NCBI GenBank assembly: GCA_964458565.1
Contig: CAYWJO010000056.1
Location: forward strand, 1 to 19,536
Origin: an uncultured archaeon
Lineage (GTDB): Archaea; Asgardarchaeota; Thorarchaeia; Thorarchaeales; Thorarchaeaceae
Reading direction: 5' to 3'
Length of the DNA: 19,536 nucleotides
In this document: one piece after another, positions 7,785 through 14,813 of the stretch
Position numbering within the stretch: the first letter of the stretch is position 1
Layout: each line of letters begins with the position of its first letter
Translations under genes and position numbers: made by a program
The notes under the pieces: model-generated
What the model saw: the letters and a program-made list of their open reading frames with translations, nothing else
The model's database searches: none
What the model was told of the DNA's origin: nothing

Positions 7785-8081
7785 TTGACTTATGCATTCG
7801 TTGTTTTCTATAGATATAAGCTAATGAGTCCCGAAGAATCTGAAAGAGCGCGTGATTTTTGGCGAAAATACAGCGTAGAGGATTGGCCAAAAACCCTCAG
7901 TATCGTTGGCGACTACAGACACGCTTGGGGTACAGAATGGAGTGGTTTTCTACTTATTGAAACTGAATCCCCTCAAACCTTTTTTGAATTCTGGCCAATT
8001 TTCCGAGATAAAACACGGTGGTATATCGAAAACACTCAAACCGTTATTGGGTTGAAACGAAAAGCTACTGAATGGATGTAA
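7785..8081 (+). CDS. Small alpha/beta protein, probably dimeric alpha-beta-barrel (GYD/darcynin/chlorite-dismutase-like) fold
   Basis: 98 aa with TTG start after GGTGG. Shows a beta-alpha-beta-beta-alpha-beta pattern (YAFVVFYRY / helix / SIVGDY / SGFLLIETE / helix / TQTVIG) and is unusually aromatic-rich. Confidence 0.55.
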   Translation: MTYAFVVFYRYKLMSPEESERARDFWRKYSVEDWPKTLSIVGDYRHAWGTEWSGFLLIETESPQTFFEFWPIFRDKTRWYIENTQTVIGLKRKATEWM

Positions 8082-8084
8082 TCA

Positions 8085-8124
8085 TAAAGAAAGGGACCGG
8101 GGTGGGCCACAAGGCCATCCCCTT
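8085..8124 (-). terminator. GC-rich hairpin between convergent genes, putative terminator
   Basis: GGGGTGGGCC-ACAA-GGCCATCCCC at 8099-8122 forms an imperfect stem. On the minus strand it lies just after the TAG of the 8125..8907 gene and is followed by CCCTTTCTTT. Confidence 0.5.
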
Positions 8125-8907
8125 CTATGGCGATTTCTTAACATCTGGTGCATTATCTTCCATGAATTCTACAATCCAACTCAGATCTTTTTCATAAGGT
8201 CCTTCTCCACCACGATAAAGAAGCAGAGAACCCACATCCGCATTAACAACGGTTTTGTAAACTCCACTTGGATACTTGAATGATGCCCGGAATCTATTGA
8301 TTTTTCCCTGATATTTCCTCGTGTACAAACCAATTTCATCTTCAGTTTTGATGTCTTCTCCACCAAATTCGACTCTACTAAGGGTGGAGTATCTCTCTTT
8401 TGCACCTTCTTTTTTCGTAGGATCTGACTTTGTAAGACCTGTTAGAGTTACTACACTCACAGATTCAGCTAAATCGTATAGTTTCTTGGTGCCACCATTC
8501 AAATTGAGTGGTTCTAGCTGCCCTCCAGAGATTTCTTCTATTGCACTTTTTACTCTACCCGCTACGCGACCAGAGGCTCTAACTTCAATCGTTCCACGAT
8601 CCATTTTAATGAATACAATTCCTTTGTCTACGGATATTTGATATCCTGGTGTGAGGCCGCTATCAGGATTATATGTTAAATATGGCATATTAAAGCTGGC
8701 AACAAACTCAGCTCTGATTGTCTTCACTTTGACCTTCACATCTGTGAAGCCTTCTGTAGTTTCATTTTTCTTCTTTGGACTATACGGTTTCTCTTTCATT
8801 GCAGCAGCTAACTTAGCTGGAGTGATTGTGAAATCTTTCATCCTGAAAAGTTTCACAGCGAGAACCATACCTCTGTCGACAACTGGGTTTCCAAATTTTT
8901 TACTCAT
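8125..8907 (-). CDS. Basic hypothetical protein, putative RdgC-like fold DNA-binding protein
   Basis: 260 aa, Lys-rich, with a strong GAGGTGA RBS (8914-8920). Three segments resemble RdgC in order (see findings). The CDS is secure; the fold call is tentative. Confidence 0.55.
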   Translation of the reverse strand: MSKKFGNPVVDRGMVLAVKLFRMKDFTITPAKLAAAMKEKPYSPKKKNETTEGFTDVKVKVKTIRAEFVASFNMPYLTYNPDSGLTPGYQISVDKGIVFIKMDRGTIEVRASGRVAGRVKSAIEEISGGQLEPLNLNGGTKKLYDLAESVSVVTLTGLTKSDPTKKEGAKERYSTLSRVEFGGEDIKTEDEIGLYTRKYQGKINRFRASFKYPSGVYKTVVNADVGSLLLYRGGEGPYEKDLSWIVEFMEDNAPDVKKSP

Positions 8908-8948
8908 TATGGCTCACCTCGGTTTCCTATGGAAATTTGTACTCGAAC

Positions 8949-8960
8949 TAATATAAAGAA
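8949..8960 (-). promoter_or_regulatory. Putative TATA box (TTTATAT) for the 8125..8907 gene
   Basis: Minus strand reads TTCTTTATATTA, with TTTATAT at 8957-8951, about 45 nt upstream of the ATG. This leaves room for a short leader with the GAGGTGA RBS. Confidence 0.5.
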
Positions 8961-9107
8961 TGCATCAAATCCAGACAATAGGTGGATATGACTCAGAATA
9001 ATACCTGTGTATGTGCTAGAGTATGAAATCTGACTGATATGCGAAAACATCGTATTTTGAGTGTCCGTATTTGGCGCCAAATGGGTTATTGAGGTGCGAC
9101 CCGACTT

Positions 9108-9557
9108 CTAATCAATGAGCTTGTGGATCATATCATGTACTAATGGTTTGTCGGTCATGAACGGCTCAAAGGTCTTAGTCTGTGCTTCCTTGATGCATTT
9201 CTCCAAATTTGAAATCTCGCGACACCAAATCAGATGTCCTCTTCGACTCATTTCACCAATCAATTGTGCTTGATGTCCTTCCATAAGTGTAGTATTTTCT
9301 ACGATAACAAGTTTCAAGCCATGAGTGACACATTCCATAGTGGTACCCGCACCTCCAGTACTTACTATCACATCTGCTTTCTCGTATGCAGTCTTTAGTG
9401 ATCTGATAAATCTGAAATATCGGAAGTTTTTAGGAATATATTCTCCACGACCAATCTGGGCTACTACTTGTTCGGTAATGCGTCCCGTAGCAACGAGCCT
9501 ATCTATCTCCTGAATAATAGGGTCAAAGTGCGCGGTTCCAACTGTGATAAATATCAA
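9108..9557 (-). CDS. alg13: Alg13-like UDP-N-acetylglucosamine transferase catalytic subunit (GT28 C-terminal domain)
   Basis: Motifs MIFITVGTAHFD, QIG, ADVIVSTGGAGT and VENTTLMEGHQ. TTG start overlaps the upstream TGA (TTGA), indicating translational coupling. Confidence 0.85.
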   Translation of the reverse strand: MIFITVGTAHFDPIIQEIDRLVATGRITEQVVAQIGRGEYIPKNFRYFRFIRSLKTAYEKADVIVSTGGAGTTMECVTHGLKLVIVENTTLMEGHQAQLIGEMSRRGHLIWCREISNLEKCIKEAQTKTFEPFMTDKPLVHDMIHKLID

Positions 9558-10036
9558 AGTAGTTGTCCTCCGTATATTGCGCCTTGTGTCTTCTTTGCTA
9601 ATTCAGGCCACTGTACGACATAAAGGGTGGTCTTTCCAATTAGGAGACGGCCTGTTATTGAGAGGGACTCTACTCTTGACATGCTCTCAATAAACACAGT
9701 TTTGATTCTAAGAATTCTTGCGGCATAAAAAATAGGCACCGTGAGACCCGTCCCACAACTAATTACGACTTTGGGTTTGAACATCATAAAATAGACAAAA
9801 GACAGTATGAACGTCATAAGCGTTCTAAGAATTGACATGATTCTCGAATCTTGCGGTAATAATCTCGGTGGTATCACAGGAGCTATTTTTCCAGGGATTT
9901 GTATTTTCTTGGGAGTCAATGGGTCAAGAATTCCAATCATGTAGAGGTATTGATATCGATCTCCTAGAAGATTAACTAATGCGAATGTCTGTGCTGTATG
10001 ACCTCCTCGTCCAAGGACGACAGCGACTCGTTTCAA
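9554..10036 (-). CDS. alg14: Alg14-like oligosaccharide biosynthesis subunit
   Basis: Motifs VVLGRGGHT, KPKVVISCGTG, FIESMSRVESLSITGRLL and VQWPELA. Directly upstream of the Alg13-like gene. Confidence 0.88.
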   Translation of the reverse strand: MKRVAVVLGRGGHTAQTFALVNLLGDRYQYLYMIGILDPLTPKKIQIPGKIAPVIPPRLLPQDSRIMSILRTLMTFILSFVYFMMFKPKVVISCGTGLTVPIFYAARILRIKTVFIESMSRVESLSITGRLLIGKTTLYVVQWPELAKKTQGAIYGGQLL

Positions 10037-10159
10037 TTCAACTCACTTGATATCCAAAACAAGATGCTATACATAAAGTGTTATCCCTTGATATACTCAT
10101 GAGCTATGAACGTTGATTACTTATACGACAATGTTTCTCATCCCGCATGAGGAATACAA

Positions 10160-11581
10160 TTGAGTATCGTCAAGTCTTCAAAGATCCATCCTCTATATGA
10201 TAAACTCACATCTATTGTTGGTGAAGATAGACTGAATGACAATCCGTTGATCATTTCTTCGTATAGCAAGGATTCTAGCCATCTTACTGATCAGAGACCA
10301 GGAATTGTGGTTATGCCAACAAGTGTTGAAGAAGTGCAGGCTATTGTCAATTTGTGTCGTGAAACAAAGACACCGTTAATTCCTGCTGGTGGTAGAAATG
10401 GAATCTGCGGTGCTTGCATACCTCGCACTAAAGGTTCTGTTATGCTAGACATGGTAAAGATGGACCAATTGATCGAACTGAATGAAGACGTCATGACTGT
10501 AACAATTGAAGCTGGACTTAGATGGGCTGAATTAATTCGCAGATTGGACGAGCATGGATACAAGTTAGGTTTTAGAGGTCCCTATGGTGGTAATGCCGCA
10601 ACGGTAGCTGGATCGGTAAGTCTAAACAGTATGGGTTATGCAGCATCGAAATTTGGTCCAGCTCCTGAAGGTGTTGTGTCTTTAGAAATAGTGCTTCCGA
10701 ATGGAGAGGTTATCCGGACAGGGTCTGGATGGAATCCAGATGCAGAACTTTTCACAAGATATTCCTCTTTTACAGATCTAACAGGTCTGTTTATTGGAGA
10801 TCATGGTACCCTAGGAGTAAAAACTAAAATCACATTGAAAATTTATCCCAAAGCTAATCATAGTACTTATGCTGATTTTGGGTTCACATCGCTTGAGAAA
10901 GCAACAACATTCTTCTACGAGGTTCAGAAGAGGGGATTGACAGAAGAACTGAATTGTCTTCTGGCAAGAGAGGCGGCTGATACATATTTTCCCGGTCTCT
11001 TGGATAGTCATCCCGAAGTAAATTCAACACTTCATTGTGTCTTTCAAGAGATTGACCAGCAATTGGCCCAGCGCAAATTAGAAATTGTGCAAGAACTTGC
11101 AAAAGAATTCGAAGGGAAGGATCTCGGAAATTTCGCAGCACAGATACACTGGGCTGAAATATTCAATGAAGTGCAACCAATGTATGTAAATGGCTTCTGG
11201 TTAAACACATGTCACCTTCGACCAATCAAACGCCTTCCTGAACTGATGGAACGTATGTATGAGATTTTCAAGAAATATCGATTGGAGAAAAACGGGATCA
11301 AATGGATTGCTGATGCACTAGGCGTGGACCGTAGTTACTCTGCTGCATGGATTACTATCTTTGCTCCTACTAAGGATAAGATGGAATTGGCAGAACAAGC
11401 TTGGAATGATATGCTGAATGCTGCACTTGAAACCGGTGGATGCCCATATTGGACTGGCCTACTCTGGGAGAAACGTGCACTTGCCAAAGTACATGAACCC
11501 TTTATCGAAACATACCGCACTATCAAACGGGCTATTGACCCAGACAATATACTAAGTCCTCACGTATTTGGAGGGGTCTAA
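10160..11581 (+). CDS. FAD-binding oxidoreductase (GlcD / VAO-PCMH superfamily)
   Basis: Motifs PGIVVMPTSVEEV, PAGGRNG, ATVAGSV, LEIVLPNGEVIRTG, DLTGLFIGDHGTLGV and terminal IKRAIDPDNILSP. TTG start after GAGGA. Confidence 0.9.
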   Translation: MSIVKSSKIHPLYDKLTSIVGEDRLNDNPLIISSYSKDSSHLTDQRPGIVVMPTSVEEVQAIVNLCRETKTPLIPAGGRNGICGACIPRTKGSVMLDMVKMDQLIELNEDVMTVTIEAGLRWAELIRRLDEHGYKLGFRGPYGGNAATVAGSVSLNSMGYAASKFGPAPEGVVSLEIVLPNGEVIRTGSGWNPDAELFTRYSSFTDLTGLFIGDHGTLGVKTKITLKIYPKANHSTYADFGFTSLEKATTFFYEVQKRGLTEELNCLLAREAADTYFPGLLDSHPEVNSTLHCVFQEIDQQLAQRKLEIVQELAKEFEGKDLGNFAAQIHWAEIFNEVQPMYVNGFWLNTCHLRPIKRLPELMERMYEIFKKYRLEKNGIKWIADALGVDRSYSAAWITIFAPTKDKMELAEQAWNDMLNAALETGGCPYWTGLLWEKRALAKVHEPFIETYRTIKRAIDPDNILSPHVFGGV

Positions 11582-11582
11582 A

Positions 11583-13160
11583 ATGGCTAAGGTAGATTTC
11601 TCAAATCTTGAAGCGTTTAAAGATGAACTCTGGATCTGTGGACGTTGCGGTGATTGTTCACTTGCAGACAAGACGGTTGCTTCAAATCGTGGTGTCTATC
11701 ACCCTTGCGCCGTGAAAAATGTGCTTGGATTTGAGGCGTATTCAGCACGTGGTCGTACTATGATAATGAATGATTTGCTCGATGGAGAATTAGAAGTAAA
11801 CCAAGATGTAGTTGATTGGGCTTATACCTGCACAACATGTAAGAGCTGCCAGGAAACCTGTGCAGCAACAGCGGATGGTATTAGAATCCCAGATATGATG
11901 GAGGCACTTCGAAAGGATCTGTTTGCTAATGGTTTCACTGTTGACAAGCATGAAACCATCGAGGATTCAATTTTGAATCAGTTCAATCCATACAAAGAGG
12001 ATCATAGTCAAAGAACACTAGTATTTGGTGACCGTGTTTTTCCTGAGGCTGCTGATGTTGTTTATTTCGCGGGATGTACAGGTGTTTATCGAGAGAAAGA
12101 GATAGTCACGACAACTGTTCAACTCCTTGATAAAATCGGTGCAAATTTTACTGTCCTACCAGATGAACGCTGCTGCGGTTCAGTGTTGCTAAGAATTGGT
12201 AGGGTGAAATCATTTGAGAAACTAACGAAACATAACATTGAAGCAATAAAGCGGACTGGTGCAAAGACACTGGTCACTGCATGTGCTGGATGTTATCGAA
12301 CCTGGAAGGTTGATGTTCCCAAAGAAGGATTTGAGTATGACTTCGAAATTTTACATATTACTGAATATCTAGACCGTGTTATTCAGGAAGGAAACGTCAC
12401 CTTCGTTTCATCTGAAAATCTGAAAGTTACCTATCATGATCCATGTCATCTTGGTCGTCATGCCGAGGTCTATGAGGCACCAAGGAGAGTCATTGAATCT
12501 GTTGAAAATGTAACCTTGATCGAAATGGAAACTAATAGGCGCTATGCACATTGCTGTGGTTCTGGCGGTGGAGTTAAGGGAACATATGGTGAACTTGCTG
12601 ATGAGATGGCTGCTGATCGAATCCGCGAAGCCGAGGCTACTCAAGCTGATGTCTTGATCACAGCATGTCCATTCTGCCACCGAGGTCTCCGTGATGGTGC
12701 GAGGTTAATTGATAGTAACATTCGCATTCTTGATATTCCTGCATTTCTTCTGAATGCAGAACTTGGTTCCGTTAAATCTGGCCCTGAAGGGCATCCCATG
12801 AAACCTATCTTTATGGACTATCTTGCTGCACATCCAAAAATCTTCGAAGGTCTCAAATCAGGAGCAGTAATTGACTATGAGATTGATGGCGATAGGTTTC
12901 ATGTTCGAGTTGTAGGAAAGAGCGAAATCAAAGTCTTCCCTCATAGAGCAGAAAATCCAGATGTGGAACTGACCTTCTCACCTAGAGCTGTGGAAACCCT
13001 TGTTACTTTTTCATCTGAAGACAAATATGCAGAGAAGTTCGGATATTTCTTCAAGAAACCAACTGATGAAGAGTGGATTCGATTTAACTTACGCCTCAAT
13101 ATTGTCAAGCTGCTCATGAAGGGATATAGAAAATTCGCACAAAAGGCGGGTCTAATTTAG
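11583..13160 (+). CDS. HdrD/GlcF/GlpC-type Fe-S oxidoreductase (2x[4Fe-4S] + two CCG domains) with C-terminal SCP2-like extension
   Basis: Motifs CGRCGDC...C, CTTCKSCQETC, YFAGC, ERCCG, TACAGC, YHDPCHLGR, CCGSGGG and TACPFC, plus ~125 extra C-terminal residues. ATG 11583 lies 1 nt after the upstream TAA and follows GGAGGG. Confidence 0.9.
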   Translation: MAKVDFSNLEAFKDELWICGRCGDCSLADKTVASNRGVYHPCAVKNVLGFEAYSARGRTMIMNDLLDGELEVNQDVVDWAYTCTTCKSCQETCAATADGIRIPDMMEALRKDLFANGFTVDKHETIEDSILNQFNPYKEDHSQRTLVFGDRVFPEAADVVYFAGCTGVYREKEIVTTTVQLLDKIGANFTVLPDERCCGSVLLRIGRVKSFEKLTKHNIEAIKRTGAKTLVTACAGCYRTWKVDVPKEGFEYDFEILHITEYLDRVIQEGNVTFVSSENLKVTYHDPCHLGRHAEVYEAPRRVIESVENVTLIEMETNRRYAHCCGSGGGVKGTYGELADEMAADRIREAEATQADVLITACPFCHRGLRDGARLIDSNIRILDIPAFLLNAELGSVKSGPEGHPMKPIFMDYLAAHPKIFEGLKSGAVIDYEIDGDRFHVRVVGKSEIKVFPHRAENPDVELTFSPRAVETLVTFSSEDKYAEKFGYFFKKPTDEEWIRFNLRLNIVKLLMKGYRKFAQKAGLI

Positions 13161-13195
13161 AATAGATATACTGAGTATATAGAGTGAAAATTCGT

Positions 13196-13606
13196 TCACT
13201 CAAACTTCACTATACTCTTGCTTAGATCAGTTAATGTCATATCCATGGTTCGAAAGTGATAGGTAATAACATCCGGTTCGTCCGAATTGATTCTCTGGAT
13301 GTTTGGTAAATAATCATCAATGAATATCACATGCTTAAAGTCAATGCTATCTTCATGTGATAATTTCACAATCTCCCGCACTTGGTAGACCTTTGGACGA
13401 AAATCAGCCATGATATATCTGAAATAGTCATGAATGCTGAATCTGTGGAGAATTTCAATGACCTTGTAGTAATCGTTACGTGAAGCGATTGCCAAAATAT
13501 AACCCTTATCGTGCATTTTAGATAAGATGGTAAAATCCTCGTGTTGATCATCTGAATGAATGAGCGTTTCATCAAGATCAAAAATAACAAGGAGCGGTTT
13601 ATTCAT
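13196..13606 (-). CDS. HAD-superfamily phosphatase, capless MDP-1/class IIIC-like
   Basis: IFDLDETL (DxDxT), ASRN, RPK and FIDD. ATG 13606 overlaps the upstream stop (ATGAATAA). Confidence 0.85.
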   Translation of the reverse strand: MNKPLLVIFDLDETLIHSDDQHEDFTILSKMHDKGYILAIASRNDYYKVIEILHRFSIHDYFRYIMADFRPKVYQVREIVKLSHEDSIDFKHVIFIDDYLPNIQRINSDEPDVITYHFRTMDMTLTDLSKSIVKFE

Positions 13607-14681
13607 ACTCCCAAATCCTCCCCTCGTACTTGAATAATTCAAGCCATACTCGCTCCATCTCTAAGCCCCATTTTATTTCTGGTTGAAAGTCGTAATCGAA
13701 CTCTCGCAAAGCCATCATTACGACAAGTTCTGGAATGTTTACGCCCCCTTCAACACTCAAGACTGTGGTTCCTTGCAAACGAGGATTGATTTCTAGAAGA
13801 AGCGGTGTACCCTCATCACTTTCTTTCATTTGAATTCCAACATTGTACGACATTCCAAATCCTTCGATTAATTTTCTTGAGATTGTGTCTATAAAATCGA
13901 AATTAGAATCCTTTGTAAGTACTCCCTTGGTAGTTATTCCCCCTGTCATTCTAGTTCGTAGACGTGGTAAAACAGCAAAGGTTTCTCCCTTTCTACAGAG
14001 TACATCAATAGTATATTCATTTCCAGGTAAATATTCCATTACAACTAACTCAGGAAATGTATCACCGATATCTTCGAGTACTCGGTTAAGAGTGGAGTGT
14101 ATACCAGTTGGTTTCTCTTCGAAGAACAAGTGCCGTGGATCTAGATTCTCATCAAGTATTCTAAAACCACGACTACCATTAGAATAACCTGGTTTTATTA
14201 CAACTCTCTTTTGTGGATATCCAAGTTCATAGACTGCTTCCTGCAATTCTTCTGAATTCGATGCGTTTGAAAATCTAGGAGTGTCTATTTTGATAATCTC
14301 TTTTGTGTACTCCATCAAGGCTCTTTTATTTAGTATAGCATCCATTAGTTGTGGACTTGTTACCACAATTGTAGGTTCGATTCCCTCCTTTTTGAAAGCC
14401 CCATAGCTTTTACATAAAGGGAACTGATCATCTGTTCGGATTGGCAGTACAACATCAATCCCCAGTTCAACACATAAATCAAGCATAGCTCCTGCGAATT
14501 CTCTGCTTCTATTATCTGGTAGTACGTAAGATTCTTCCACATAATGGTGAGAGCTAATAGACTTGCGGTAGTCACTTGCGAATATTTGAAGATTATACTT
14601 CTTGCTGGATTTGAGGGCTTTTACTATACTTACAAATCCGGGAGCTGTTGAACCAGTGACCAACACCTTGCACGTTTTCAA
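13599..14681 (-). CDS. ATP-grasp domain protein (single-domain, CarB-like/PylC-like amide ligase)
   Basis: N-terminal Rossmann-like VLVTGS, then VVIKPGYSNGSRGF, MEYLPGNEYTID and LLEINPRLQG. TTG start after GGTGA. Confidence 0.88.
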   Translation of the reverse strand: MKTCKVLVTGSTAPGFVSIVKALKSSKKYNLQIFASDYRKSISSHHYVEESYVLPDNRSREFAGAMLDLCVELGIDVVLPIRTDDQFPLCKSYGAFKKEGIEPTIVVTSPQLMDAILNKRALMEYTKEIIKIDTPRFSNASNSEELQEAVYELGYPQKRVVIKPGYSNGSRGFRILDENLDPRHLFFEEKPTGIHSTLNRVLEDIGDTFPELVVMEYLPGNEYTIDVLCRKGETFAVLPRLRTRMTGGITTKGVLTKDSNFDFIDTISRKLIEGFGMSYNVGIQMKESDEGTPLLLEINPRLQGTTVLSVEGGVNIPELVVMMALREFDYDFQPEIKWGLEMERVWLELFKYEGRIWEYE

Positions 14682-14813
14682 TAATTGTCACCACATCAAT
14701 TGTGACCAAGTTCCACTTGAATGTGTCGAGAATACCTTCGAATTCAGATACCGAAATGAATATCTTCTAGGCCAACACGGAACATAATGATACGTTTTCA
14801 GAGGCGTTATTCT

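Noticed and set aside
8908-9107. tRNA or structured ncRNA in the 200-bp intergenic gap
   Set aside because: No cloverleaf, T-loop (GTTCRA) or convincing C/D box pair was found by eye. Only a promoter-like element and one palindrome are supportable.
10160-13160. Naming the pair glcD/glcF or a methanogen-type hdrD
   Set aside because: The FAD subunit lacks the GEHG metal motif, and no glcE or hdrE is present. Only a family-level call is supportable.
13599-14681. Carbamoyl-phosphate synthase large subunit (carB)
   Set aside because: Only one ATP-grasp module in 360 aa, no carA nearby, and a glycan-cluster context.
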